64,000 bases of DNA from Actinomycetota bacterium (GCA_016235065.1 JACRMB010000005.1:9524-73523), one strand, 5' to 3'. Shown: positions 19,575 through 28,907, numbered from the stretch's first letter. Notes: generated by a model from the letters alone, not told the origin. Made by a program: numbers and translations.

Positions 19575-20137
19575 ACCTCCAGGATCTCACCTTCCTTGTG
19601 CTTCAGCATCTCATCGATCTTCTCGATATGCTTGTCAGTCACTTTCTGGAATTCTTCCTTGGTGCGGCGCAGATCGTCCTCGGAGATCTCGCCTTCCTTC
19701 TGCAACTCTTCGATATCGTGGAGGACGTGACGGCGGATGTTACGCACCGCCACCCGGCCGTTCTCCGCCAGGCCCTTTACCACCTTGACCAGCTCGCGCC
19801 GGCGTTCCTCAGTCAGCTCCGGGATATTCAGGCGGATGACATTGCCGTCGTTGTTGGGGTTCAGACCCAGCTCTGACTCCATGATCGCGTGTTCGATCTC
19901 TTTCATGGCCGACTTGTCGTAAGGCGTGATGACCAGCAGCCTTGCTTCGGGCGCACTGAGGTTGGCAAGCTGCTTGAGCGGGGTCTTGCTCCCGTAGTAA
20001 TCGACTATTATTCGGTCCAGAAGGGCGGTGGATGCCCTGCCTGTCCGGATAGTGTTGAACTCGTTGTGGGTAGCGACCACAGCCTTGTCCATGCGGTCGA
20101 TTCCGTCTGTGAGAAACTCCTGGACCATCTCGTTCAT
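19571..20137 (-). CDS. frr: Ribosome recycling factor
   Basis: 188 aa with IRTGRAS, LNIPELTEERRRELVK. Its stop overlaps the uppS start. Confidence 0.95.
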   Translation of the reverse strand: MNEMVQEFLTDGIDRMDKAVVATHNEFNTIRTGRASTALLDRIIVDYYGSKTPLKQLANLSAPEARLLVITPYDKSAMKEIEHAIMESELGLNPNNDGNVIRLNIPELTEERRRELVKVVKGLAENGRVAVRNIRRHVLHDIEELQKEGEISEDDLRRTKEEFQKVTDKHIEKIDEMLKHKEGEILEV

Positions 20138-20179
20138 CTGGCCTCCCTGGCGCTTCCTTGGGCTTACTTTGCTTACTGG

Positions 20180-20950
20180 TTATTTCGCCGGTGAGCTTAC
20201 TATAGTTCCGGCTTTTTCGCCAGAAAGCACCCGCTGGATGTTCATCTCGTCAGTCATGTTGAAGACGTGGATCGGCAGGTTGTTATCCATGCAAAGTGAC
20301 AGGGCGGTAGTGTCCATCACCCTGAGTCCGCGTTCGATAGCCTCCAGATGCGTCACTTCCGGCAGGAAGACGGCGTCGGGATTGGTTTCGGGATCCGAAT
20401 CGTAGACCCCGTCAAAACTGCGCTTTGCCATCATGATAGCCTCGGCGCCGATCTCCAGCGCCCGCAGGGCTGAAGCGGTATCTGTGGTGAAATATGGATT
20501 GCCGGTGCCGGCGGCGAAGATCACGATCCTCTTCTTCTCCAGATGCCGGATAGCCCGGCGCCGGATGTAGGGCTCAGCGACTTCCTGCATGTGGATCGCC
20601 GACTGCACGCGGGTATCAAGGCCCAGCTTTTCCATTCCATCCTGAAGTGCCAGCGCATTAAGCACCGTCGCGATCATGCCCATATAGTCGCCGGTGGCGC
20701 GGTCCATGCCACGGGTGCTGCCGGCTACGCCGCGGAATATGTTGCCCGCGCCGACGACGATGGCGATCTCGACGCCGCGTTTCCAGGTGGTATGAACCTG
20801 GTTGGCTATATCGGATATCTTGTCCGGGTCGATGCTGAGCATGTCCTCGCCCTGCAGCGCCTGGCCTGACAGCTTTATCAGTACCCGTTTGAAAACGGCC
20901 GGCTCACCGGCAAAGTCCTGGTGGCAAGCCGATTTGGAGTCAGGCGTCAA
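20180..20950 (-). CDS. pyrH: UMP kinase
   Basis: 256 aa with [22 protein letters not shown] and [13 protein letters not shown]. Confidence 0.94.
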   Translation of the reverse strand: MTPDSKSACHQDFAGEPAVFKRVLIKLSGQALQGEDMLSIDPDKISDIANQVHTTWKRGVEIAIVVGAGNIFRGVAGSTRGMDRATGDYMGMIATVLNALALQDGMEKLGLDTRVQSAIHMQEVAEPYIRRRAIRHLEKKRIVIFAAGTGNPYFTTDTASALRALEIGAEAIMMAKRSFDGVYDSDPETNPDAVFLPEVTHLEAIERGLRVMDTTALSLCMDNNLPIHVFNMTDEMNIQRVLSGEKAGTIVSSPAK

Positions 20951-21558
20951 CTGTCCTTGCCCAGCTCGAAGCGAACGAAGCGCCTGATGCCGATGTTCTC
21001 GCCGATCTTGCCGACGATCTCTCCGAGGAGCTGTTCGATCGTCAGTTTGTCATCCCTGACGAACGGCTGCTCAAGCAGGCAGACCTGCTCGTAATATTTG
21101 TCGAGCTTGCCGGCGGCGATCTTTTCGAGGATGTTGTCCGGCTTGCCGGTCGCCCTGGCCTGGTCCTTGTAGATCGCCATCTCGGCTTCGACGACGTCAG
21201 CAGGAACGTCTTCGCGGCTTATATATTTGGGAGCCGCGGCAGCGATATGCATGGCTATGTCATGGACGAAGGTCTTGAAGTCATCATTCATGGCAACGAA
21301 ATCGGTCTCGGAATTAACCTCTACCAGGACGCCGATCTTGCCGCCCATGTGGATGTAGCTGTCGACCAGCCCCTCATTGGCGGCACGGCCGCTTCGCTTG
21401 GCGGCATCCGCCAGGCCTTTGGTGCGGAGCAGTTTGACTGCTTCCTCATGGTTGCCTTCACATTCGGCGAGGGCCTTCTTGCAGTCCATCATGCCCGCTC
21501 CAGTCACCTCGCGGAGTTCCTTTACTTCCTTGGCGCTAACTGCCACTTTCCACCTCAC
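20947..21558 (-). CDS. tsf: Elongation factor Ts (short form)
   Basis: About 200 aa with [18 protein letters not shown]. The start is GTG 21558 or GTG 21546. Either one overlaps the 3' end of rpsB. Confidence 0.9.
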   Translation of the reverse strand: MRWKVAVSAKEVKELREVTGAGMMDCKKALAECEGNHEEAVKLLRTKGLADAAKRSGRAANEGLVDSYIHMGGKIGVLVEVNSETDFVAMNDDFKTFVHDIAMHIAAAAPKYISREDVPADVVEAEMAIYKDQARATGKPDNILEKIAAGKLDKYYEQVCLLEQPFVRDDKLTIEQLLGEIVGKIGENIGIRRFVRFELGKDS

Positions 21559-22582
21559 TGTTCTCTTCCGGAGCCTTTTCCTTTTTGGCGGCCGGTTTAT
21601 CTGTAATGGCTGATGTGTCTTCCTTTGGAGCCGGTTTCGACGCTACCTTCGGCGCCGGCTTGGCTGCAGCGGCGCTCTTTGCCGGTTTCGGTTTTGAAGG
21701 ACCCTTGGGCCTGGTGCCTGATTTTGGCTTGCCAGCCGGCTTGCCGCCGCCTCTCTGAGCGGTTTTTCTGTCAGCGGGAGCCGTCTCACCGGCTGCGGCT
21801 GCGGCATCGGCTGCGGCTTTCGCGGCTACGGCAGCTTCAGCAGCCGCTTTGGCTGCCGCTTCAGCTGCTGCCTTGCCAGCGATCATCTCTTTCTCGGTGA
21901 ACATCTGCTTGCCCTCGACTGCGGCTTCAGCCAGCGCGCGGATGATAAGTCCACAGGACCTGATCGCGTCATCGTTGCCGGGTATGACGTAGTCGACCTC
22001 GTTGGGATCACAGTTGGTATCCACGAGCGCCACGATGGGAAGTTTCAGCTTGCGGGCTTCCTTGATGACGATAGCCTCGCGGCGAGGGTCGATCACGAAC
22101 ACAGCCGCGGGCAGCTTGTCCATATCCGAGACGCCGCCCAAGTTGGTCTCCAGTTTCTTCAGCTCCGCCAGCAGGTTCATCTGCTCGCGGGTTGGAAGCA
22201 GCTCAAGCTGCCCTTCCTCACGAAGCCGGCGCAGCTCATGCATGCGCTTGATGCGATGCGAGATGGTACTGTAATTGGTGAGCAGGCCGCCGAGCCAGCG
22301 ATGGGAAACATAAGGCATCCCGGAACGCTGTGCTTCTTCGGCGATTGTGTCCTGACACTGCTTCTTGGTGCCGACGAATAGCACTTTCCTGCCGTTGGCT
22401 GTCAGGTCCTTGATGAAGTCATACGCATCATCGATCAGCCTTATGGTCTTCTGCAGGTCGATGATGTAGATGCCGCCGCGCTCCGTGAAGATGTAAGGCT
22501 TCATCCGGGGGTTCCAGCGGCGGGTCTGGTGTCCGAAGTGCACTCCGGACTCGAGCAGCTCTTTCATTGATACAGCAGTCAA
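21536..22582 (-). CDS. rpsB: 30S ribosomal protein S2 with a long Ala/Lys/Pro-rich C-terminal extension
   Basis: TTG 22582 follows AAAGGA and gives MTAVSMKELLESGVHFGHQTRRWNP. The last ~120 aa are low-complexity (KAAAEAAAKAAAE...KPKPAKSAAAAKPAPK). Confidence 0.92.
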   Translation of the reverse strand: MTAVSMKELLESGVHFGHQTRRWNPRMKPYIFTERGGIYIIDLQKTIRLIDDAYDFIKDLTANGRKVLFVGTKKQCQDTIAEEAQRSGMPYVSHRWLGGLLTNYSTISHRIKRMHELRRLREEGQLELLPTREQMNLLAELKKLETNLGGVSDMDKLPAAVFVIDPRREAIVIKEARKLKLPIVALVDTNCDPNEVDYVIPGNDDAIRSCGLIIRALAEAAVEGKQMFTEKEMIAGKAAAEAAAKAAAEAAVAAKAAADAAAAAGETAPADRKTAQRGGGKPAGKPKSGTRPKGPSKPKPAKSAAAAKPAPKVASKPAPKEDTSAITDKPAAKKEKAPEENSEVESGS

Positions 22583-22712
22583 ACCGAGATCCTTTCTCTC
22601 GAGCTTTATTATGCCGCTCCTTGATGGGCGCTCCGGCAGGGCGGCTATCCGCCGTGGCGCCATGACATGCTAAAACGGACCGAGGCGATGCAGCCGCAGT
22701 CCAAGCCGGGAT

Positions 22713-22721
22713 ATTGTAGCA
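22713..22721 (-). promoter_or_regulatory. Candidate extended -10 element (TGCTACAAT) for rpsB
   Basis: The minus strand reads TTTTTTTGCTACAAT about 130 nt upstream of the rpsB start. The leader between them contains nested GC hairpins (22627-22661). Confidence 0.35.
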
Positions 22722-22806
22722 AAAAAATGGACCGGTTTCCCGATCAATGGCCACTTCCCCGATCCGGGCTGGAAACCTTGTTCCTTTTACTGATATCTTC
22801 CGGTTG

Positions 22807-23220
22807 ATGGATGAAACTCATGATATCGCCGAATCGATCGTGGCCGGCTCGCGGGTCATAGCGATCGTGGGGGCTTCGCCGAATCCGGCGAGGCCCAGCT
22901 ACATGGTTGCCAGCTATCTGATAGATTGCGGTTTTGATGTGATCCCGGTAAGGCCGAAGGTCAAGTCTATTCTGGGGTGCAGATGCTATGGCAGCCTCGA
23001 GGAGATCCCGGTGAGAGTGGATATCGTGGATGTTTTCCGCCGGTCCGAGGCGTGTCCTGACGTAGCCAGGGCCGCGGTAGAAGCCGGCGCCGGAGCTCTG
23101 TGGCTGCAGGAGGGAATAATAAGCGAGGAGGCGGCCAGTATTGCCCGTGATGGCGGACTGCGCGTAATCATGGACCTGTGCATCAAAAAGGTGCACGCAG
23201 CCATGGAAACAAAGACGTAA
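22807..23220 (+). CDS. CoA-binding domain protein (YccU-like)
   Basis: IAIVGASPNPARPSYMVASYLIDCGFDVIPVRP and VDVFR match the family. ATG 22807 is preferred. Confidence 0.82.
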   Translation: MDETHDIAESIVAGSRVIAIVGASPNPARPSYMVASYLIDCGFDVIPVRPKVKSILGCRCYGSLEEIPVRVDIVDVFRRSEACPDVARAAVEAGAGALWLQEGIISEEAASIARDGGLRVIMDLCIKKVHAAMETKT

Positions 23221-23229
23221 GCTGCACTC

Positions 23230-23904
23230 ATGTGGATCCTGCCTCTGATAGCGACGATCGTCAGCGCCCTCTTCTCCGGCATTGTCTTCCGCCAGTATCT
23301 GGAACGGCGGAATCCCGCTCACCTCTCCTGGGCTGCCGCCTTGTTCCTGTTCGGGATCGGGACCGCGTGTGATTTCCTGGCGAGCCTCAGCGGCTGGACC
23401 CCGCTGATCGCCAAAGTCTATTACCTGACCGGCGCCACCGTGGTTGTGGGATACCTGGCGCTGGGCACCCTCTATCTCCTTGCGCCGCGGCGGATTGCCC
23501 GGATCTGGCTGGCTCTGATGCTGCTGGCGACTGTGACAGCGATAATCATGCTTGCGGGAGCCGAAGTCGACCCGGTCAAGCTGCGATCGGAAGCAGAGTC
23601 CGGATGGAAGGCGATCGACAGGCCGGCGGCGCTTTCGGCGATGGTCATCGCGATCAACAGCATCGGAACCTTGATCCTGGTGGCTGGGGCGGCATATTCG
23701 GCGCTATACCGGCGATACACCCGTGCCAACATCCTCATTGCCCTGGGAACGCTTGTCGTGGCTCTTGGCGGCAGTCTGATGAGGCTGGGCCACTATGAAT
23801 TCCAGTCCGTGGGCCAGACTGCCGGAATCACTATCATGTTCGCCGGCTTCCTGATGACGATGAAGCCACAGGAGCGACAGTCTGCACAGCCTGTAGACGC
23901 CTGA
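23230..23904 (+). CDS. Integral membrane protein, function unknown
   Basis: 224 aa with about 6 hydrophobic helices. No recognisable motif. Confidence 0.6.
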   Translation: MWILPLIATIVSALFSGIVFRQYLERRNPAHLSWAAALFLFGIGTACDFLASLSGWTPLIAKVYYLTGATVVVGYLALGTLYLLAPRRIARIWLALMLLATVTAIIMLAGAEVDPVKLRSEAESGWKAIDRPAALSAMVIAINSIGTLILVAGAAYSALYRRYTRANILIALGTLVVALGGSLMRLGHYEFQSVGQTAGITIMFAGFLMTMKPQERQSAQPVDA

Positions 23905-23945
23905 ATAAGCTGGTTTTTGACTACACGGAGTAGTACAATTCTTAT

Positions 23946-24389
23946 ATGGCTGCAAAACGGAAAAAATCGGCACGACTGGTCAACCTCAGGACATCCCGGA
24001 AAGGGATCAAGCAGGTCCTTGGCGATCTCGAAGCCGATATCATGGAACTGCTCTGGAAAAAGAGCCCGGCCAGCGTGCGGGAGATCCATGAGAACCTGGC
24101 CAGCGAGCGGACCATCGCCTATACGACAGTCATGACCGTTATGGGGAGGCTTGCTGAAAAGGGGCTGCTCATACGCGAGCAGCATGGGCGCGCCTATCTG
24201 TATGTTCCCACCCAGACACGTGAAGAATTCTGTTCTGAAGCAATCAGTACCGTGATGGAGGGACTACTCGGCGGTTTCGGGGAGCCGGTGCTCTCTCATT
24301 TTGTCGATACGGTCGATTCCGATGACACGGCCAAGCTCGACGAGCTCATCCGTCTGATCGAGAAAAAGAAAGAAGAGGCCAGGCCATAG
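23946..24389 (+). CDS. BlaI/MecI/CopY-family transcriptional repressor
   Basis: 147 aa with a winged helix, ELLWKKSPASVREIHENLASERTIAYTTVMTVMGRLAEKGLL. TACAAT ends 6 nt before the ATG and there is no SD, so it may be leaderless. Confidence 0.85.
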   Translation: MAAKRKKSARLVNLRTSRKGIKQVLGDLEADIMELLWKKSPASVREIHENLASERTIAYTTVMTVMGRLAEKGLLIREQHGRAYLYVPTQTREEFCSEAISTVMEGLLGGFGEPVLSHFVDTVDSDDTAKLDELIRLIEKKKEEARP

Positions 24390-24466
24390 GCTACCTGACT
24401 CTGACGGTTGCATACCTTGCTTTACTCACGAGCCCCTGGATAATCCGCCGGTGGCTTCATGGGCGT

Positions 24467-25447
24467 GTGCGGCCTCGAACCGCTGCGCTGGCTTATTTTG
24501 GCTCGATAGCCGCTATTGGAGTAGCAACGGGTGCATTTCTGGCGCTTCTGGTTCTCAGGTTCGTTTCCGGCTCTCTTCTGACAGCGATGGGCGACGCCTG
24601 TGGCGGCATCTTCGCCGCCGGCCACGGCTTCCTGGCTGCCAGTAACTGGAATTACCTGCTGGCTACGATCATCTTTGCAGCATTCCTTTCTCAGCTGGCG
24701 TTCCTCTTCGGCGGCGGTTCGAAGCTTTTTCGAGTCAGCCACAGAGAGAAGATGATACGAAAGGCCCGGGGGCTTTCCTGTCCGGCTCTTGAAGTGTTGA
24801 CAGGAGAGAAGTGGGCTGCGAACCTGAGCTTCATGCCGGGGAACAATCGACTGGACGCCCTGACCGTTGGCCTTTTACGGCCTCGGATAATCCTTACCGA
24901 AGGTCTCGTGGATGCCCTGCAGGGACGGGAGCTTGTCGCTGTCGCGGCTCATGAGGAAGCCCATCGCGCCGCCCGTGACAACCTCCTCATAGTGGCGGCA
25001 AAGTCAGTGGTCGCGACCCTCTTTTATCTGCCCGGGCCAAAAATGGCTTTCTCGCAGATGAGAGATTGTCTTGAAAGGGCGGCTGACCGCCGAGCTGTCC
25101 GGGTATCCGGCGACCGTCTCGCAATCGCGGGCGCCCTGGCCCGGATCGCCTCCGTGAGTCAATCTGAGGCCGACTCCGGAGTCTCGGTCGCTACTGCTGT
25201 AAGAGGCAGCGGAGACCTGGTCTCCCGCCTCGAAGAGCTTATCAGCGATGAGAGCCATCCCGAGAGCCGCGGCTGGTGCAGGCTGGCCCTTATGGTCGCT
25301 GGCACCGCGCTGATAATGGGGATTTTCTCCTCCAGTGCTCTGGCGGTTGCAGGCTCTGACCACAGGGAAGCATTCATCTGTTATACGCAGCATGCCCAGG
25401 GTGCCGGCCCGGAAGATATCTGCGAGTCGGAACACCCTTCTCACTGA
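24467..25447 (+). CDS. M56/M48-type (BlaR1-like) membrane zinc metalloprotease without a penicillin-binding sensor domain
   Basis: 326 aa with a GTG start, N-terminal TM helices and the HExxH motif VAAHEEAHRAARDN. It lies downstream of the BlaI-like gene. Confidence 0.75.
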   Translation: MRPRTAALAYFGSIAAIGVATGAFLALLVLRFVSGSLLTAMGDACGGIFAAGHGFLAASNWNYLLATIIFAAFLSQLAFLFGGGSKLFRVSHREKMIRKARGLSCPALEVLTGEKWAANLSFMPGNNRLDALTVGLLRPRIILTEGLVDALQGRELVAVAAHEEAHRAARDNLLIVAAKSVVATLFYLPGPKMAFSQMRDCLERAADRRAVRVSGDRLAIAGALARIASVSQSEADSGVSVATAVRGSGDLVSRLEELISDESHPESRGWCRLALMVAGTALIMGIFSSSALAVAGSDHREAFICYTQHAQGAGPEDICESEHPSH

Positions 25448-25505
25448 TACCCTACTCCCGCATGCGAGTCGGAACACCCTTCTCACTGATACCCTACTCC
25501 CGCAT
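25422..25505. repeat. Perfect 42-bp tandem duplication (2 copies)
   Basis: GCGAGTCGGAACACCCTTCTCACTGATACCCTACTCCCGCAT occurs at 25422-25463 and again at 25464-25505. It contains the stop codons of both convergent genes. Confidence 0.95.
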
Positions 25506-27065
25506 ACCCATGGGCATATTCAGCAGCCACAGGTTAAGTGCGGCAAAGGCGATCATCAGCACCAGCATGGGAGCCAGCCCGGCGACTGCTCGCAGCCTGT
25601 CTCCGAAAGTCTGGCGGGCTACTCTCCAGCCCACGTAGACCGCCCCAAGATAGCCGATGGCGATCAGGGTCATCTGGATCACCCTCAGCGGTTCGGCATG
25701 CAGCAGCGGACTGGTGATCACCGATACCGTTCCGAAAAGGTCCCATCCCCAGCCCAGCGGATCGGAGACGACCGGGATCGCAGCCGCTCCCTCCTCGAAG
25801 AAATGCACCAGGTTGTGGGCAAGGTGTGAAGACAGCGCTATCGGCAGGAAGGCGAATGAGAAGCCGATAAACACATTCCTGACACGGGCGCCGTTACCGC
25901 CAGCCCATTTCGTCAACACTGACCAGAGCGCGAAGATGAGCATGGGTGCTATAACCGCCATCAGCAGGTAGCTGATGGTCAGCACAGCATTCTCACCCAG
26001 CCCGGTCGCTTCGATGATCTCATTCGAGACATCTACCCACGGCTCAACCATGGAAAGTGTCTGGAAGACGGTGACGCCCAGAAGGATCACTACAATGGCG
26101 GCAACGTCGAATCCGATCTTTTTCGTCTTCCACAGATCCGAAAGGAACGGCCTGACGTTAAGGGCGACGTTGTCGTTAGGGCAGGTCTTGATGCATTCGG
26201 TGCACATGACGCAGTAGGTGTTCGTCTCCATGGTCTGAGGCATCTCGAACATGGGGCAGCCATAACCCTTCTCACTGCCGCGGTAGCATGATTTCTTCTT
26301 GCACGAACGGCAGACTTCGTCGCTGCGGTTGCGGATCTCCAGCGGCGCTGTCATCGAATAGGCGCCGATGATGCCACCTATCGGGCAGACATAACGGCAG
26401 AAGGTCCGCCGCTCGAAGACGAGCGACACGATGATCGCCGGAACGATGAACAGCGCAAGCGTCACCAGGGCTGTATAGAACGGATTGCTGGCGAGGCCCA
26501 GGAAAAGGTACATCCAGGTCAGGATGATAAAAAAGCCGGTCGGCACCCAGAAATTCCGCAGCCGGCGAGGCCACTTGCGATTGAGGCTGAAAACCCTCGT
26601 CCCGACCTTCCACAGCCGCCCCCTTTGCAGCCATTCGGCAAAAGACACCAGCGGGCACAGCATGCACCAGGTGCGTGACAGGAAGAGGAAAGTGAAGATG
26701 ATGATCGCCCACCAGATGAGCCAGGTGAAGACCGTGGCAAAATTCTTGTCGCCGAGCTGGGTCCCCCAGATACCGGCGATGATAACCACAAGGAAGATGA
26801 TGGCGTTGGGAAGCTGGAAGGCGAACTGGAAGGCACGGCTCTTCAACATGCGTCGCACCCAGCCTATCTTCATCAGATCGTAACGGTGAGATGCCGGAGA
26901 AGCATTCTTATGGTCATCATAGTCCGCTGTGGCTTCATCGATCTTATGCTTGAGGGTCCTTCGCGCAAGCAGCCAGACAGTCAGCGGCGTGATCAGGATG
27001 ATGAAAATCAGATAGGGGATCAGGAGGGAAAAATCCCCGGCTCCGCCTGCGTGGCCATGTTCCAT
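25494..27065 (-). CDS. Membrane-bound 4Fe-4S polyferredoxin (NapH/YccM-like)
   Basis: 523 aa and multi-TM. Cys clusters are CMLCPLVSF, CRYVCPIGG, CRSCKKKSC and CVMCTECIKTCP. Confidence 0.78.
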   Translation of the reverse strand: MEHGHAGGAGDFSLLIPYLIFIILITPLTVWLLARRTLKHKIDEATADYDDHKNASPASHRYDLMKIGWVRRMLKSRAFQFAFQLPNAIIFLVVIIAGIWGTQLGDKNFATVFTWLIWWAIIIFTFLFLSRTWCMLCPLVSFAEWLQRGRLWKVGTRVFSLNRKWPRRLRNFWVPTGFFIILTWMYLFLGLASNPFYTALVTLALFIVPAIIVSLVFERRTFCRYVCPIGGIIGAYSMTAPLEIRNRSDEVCRSCKKKSCYRGSEKGYGCPMFEMPQTMETNTYCVMCTECIKTCPNDNVALNVRPFLSDLWKTKKIGFDVAAIVVILLGVTVFQTLSMVEPWVDVSNEIIEATGLGENAVLTISYLLMAVIAPMLIFALWSVLTKWAGGNGARVRNVFIGFSFAFLPIALSSHLAHNLVHFFEEGAAAIPVVSDPLGWGWDLFGTVSVITSPLLHAEPLRVIQMTLIAIGYLGAVYVGWRVARQTFGDRLRAVAGLAPMLVLMIAFAALNLWLLNMPMGMRE

Positions 27066-27092
27066 TGTTCAGACTCCTTTTAGCTTCTGTTC

Positions 27093-27434
27093 TTAATAAC
27101 CGGATTTTGCTGTGACTTTGTTATCCGCTATCTCAAGGCGGATCCAGCCCTTGCTACCCTGGTAATACCAGTACTGCATATCCATTGACTCACCGGTCAT
27201 AGCCCCGTCACCCATCGAATGGCCGCCGCTCATGCTCTTTGCCTCTGTCTTGGCGGGCTCGCCGGCGATCCCCTTCAGCGAATCGGTGGTCATCCCCACT
27301 TCGATGCTGTCGTACTGCTCGCGAGTGAGATCCTTTGAGTCTGTTGATGCCTGGGTCCCGCAGCCGCTCGCGTATGCCAGCAGTGTCAGCGTCGTGATAG
27401 CCGCTGCGCAGATAATCAGGATTCTCTTCATCAT
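27093..27434 (-). CDS. Small lipoprotein (DUF3862/BLIP-like fold candidate)
   Basis: 113 aa with a signal peptide ending in the lipobox YASGC. It lies 27 nt upstream of the polyferredoxin gene on the same strand. Confidence 0.6.
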   Translation of the reverse strand: MMKRILIICAAAITTLTLLAYASGCGTQASTDSKDLTREQYDSIEVGMTTDSLKGIAGEPAKTEAKSMSGGHSMGDGAMTGESMDMQYWYYQGSKGWIRLEIADNKVTAKSGY

Positions 27435-27508
27435 TCCTCCATCGATAAATGATTTGTTAAAAGTCGGTACCGGGCTTTCAGGACCGGAACCCTACCAGAC
27501 TACGTACA

Positions 27509-27537
27509 ATAGTACTACACGATATAGTAGTATGCAA
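27509..27537 (-). promoter_or_regulatory. Candidate promoter TTGCAT-N17-TACTAT for the lipoprotein-polyferredoxin operon
   Basis: On the minus strand, TTGCAT lies at 27537-27532 and TACTAT at 27514-27509. They sit in an AT-rich gap directly downstream of a terminator. Confidence 0.45.
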
Positions 27538-27540
27538 GAT

Positions 27541-27568
27541 AAAAAAAAGACGGGCCCTTAGGCCCGTC
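27541..27568 (-). terminator. Rho-independent terminator
   Basis: On the minus strand, GACGGGCC-TAAG-GGCCCGTC is followed by TTTTTTTT, 32 nt after the stop of the 27600-28007 gene. Confidence 0.85.
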
Positions 27569-27599
27569 AATGTCGATCATGAATCAGGTGCCGGTCTGC

Positions 27600-28007
27600 T
27601 CAGTCTACTTCCTCTTCCAGCATCCAGCATTCGAGGACACCGGGATAGCAGTCGTCTTCCAGCGCTTCGACAGCCCCTTCAGGGCAGTCTTCTGCGACCT
27701 GTGTTACCTGGGGATAACGGCTGCATTTGCCTAGATTCCTGTCGCGGCAATCTATCTGCTTGTCGGATAGCGACAGGATGTCACCATCCATCGCCTCCTG
27801 CCGCCTGAGTTTGCCGATCAGGCTTTGCAGACCAGCCTGCGCCACCGCCCGTTTGCGGCCCTCAGCGCTAAGATCCGGTGAATGGCCGGGCCTTGCAGTC
27901 GCGATCCAGACTATCCTGTCCTCCGGTGCAACTACGAGGAATTTTGCCGACAGGGCGTCGTCCTCTCGTTCTGGTATTACCGTGCAGGTGATCTTGTAAG
28001 CAGTCAT
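27600..28007 (-). CDS. Hypothetical Cys-rich protein
   Basis: 135 aa from ATG 28007, which is preceded by GGAGGGAGGGAC. The C-terminal half has 5 Cys and an acidic tail. No family recognised. Confidence 0.6.
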   Translation of the reverse strand: MTAYKITCTVIPEREDDALSAKFLVVAPEDRIVWIATARPGHSPDLSAEGRKRAVAQAGLQSLIGKLRRQEAMDGDILSLSDKQIDCRDRNLGKCSRYPQVTQVAEDCPEGAVEALEDDCYPGVLECWMLEEEVD

Positions 28008-28247
28008 GACGTCCCTCCCTCCGTAATCCTTCGTCCAGAGCCCTTGCATTTCTCTCAACTTCTACCCGGGGGGCAGAACATGCAATCCCCCCGGTGATGC
28101 TTACGGTACAGCTTTCGGCACCTGAAGCGCAGCACGTGAGAAAAACATCAGATCGAATATTAGACGAAAGCCACGAGGAATGGATTCAGAAAGAAGCAGG
28201 TAGGAAAGAGCTTTTTGAGTCGGCTGGTTACGCAGTCAGCCGGCAGG

Positions 28248-28907
28248 CTACTTCGGGGTTGAATGACGTGCTTTTTCGAGGCAGTCCATCACCTCTTCAT
28301 CGGAGACCTGATCGAAATTGCGGTAGAACTCTCCCACGGCCCCGAAATAGGACGGTGTGGAAAAACACTGGACGTCATCGGCATTCTTTTCAAGACGGCT
28401 CATCACCCGCGGTGAAGCCACGGGAACCACGCAGATGATTTTTTCGGCGCCTCGATGGCGCAGGGATTTCAGTGCCGCCAGCATCGTGAATCCGGTTGCC
28501 ACGCCGTCGTCGACGACGAGGATGGTCTTGCCTTTGACATCCGGGGGCTCGGCGACTCCGCGGTATTGCTCGTAACGGCGCCTGGTCTCGGCGATCTGCT
28601 CGTCAGCCATCTCGCGGATGTTCCGCTCGCTGACCTCATGCAGACGGGTGGCGTTCTCGTCCAGAAGCAGGTTCCCGTCGAAATCCACAGAACCTATGGC
28701 GAGCTCCGGATTCAGGGGTGCGCCTATCTTGCGGGTCACCCACACGTCCAGCGGCAGCTCCAGAGCCAGTGCTATTTCCAGTGCGACTACGATCCCGCCC
28801 CTGGGCAGTCCGAGGACAACGGTGTCAGCGGCGCCCCTGTAACCTTCCACCATTGAGATCATCCGCTGGCCTGCATCCTTGCGATCCTCGAAAAACATCA
28901 ATTCCAC
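28248..28907 (-). CDS. Phosphoribosyltransferase-family protein
   Basis: 219 aa with FEDRKDAGQ, VLGLPRGGIVVA and the PRPP loop ILVVDDGVATGFT. Confidence 0.8.
   Translation of the reverse strand: MELMFFEDRKDAGQRMISMVEGYRGAADTVVLGLPRGGIVVALEIALALELPLDVWVTRKIGAPLNPELAIGSVDFDGNLLLDENATRLHEVSERNIREMADEQIAETRRRYEQYRGVAEPPDVKGKTILVVDDGVATGFTMLAALKSLRHRGAEKIICVVPVASPRVMSRLEKNADDVQCFSTPSYFGAVGEFYRNFDQVSDEEVMDCLEKARHSTPK

Noticed and set aside
25422-25505. Possible CRISPR-like repeat
   Set aside because: There are only two directly abutting identical copies with no spacer, no cas genes are nearby, and the repeat overlaps coding 3' ends. It is a tandem duplication, not a CRISPR array.
28066-28094. 8-bp GC stem (CCGGGGGG/CCCCCCGG) with a 13-nt loop in the gap between the PRTase gene and the Cys-rich ORF
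   Set aside because: There is no flanking U-tract on either strand and no conservation evidence is available. It is possibly a weak terminator but cannot be supported as a feature.
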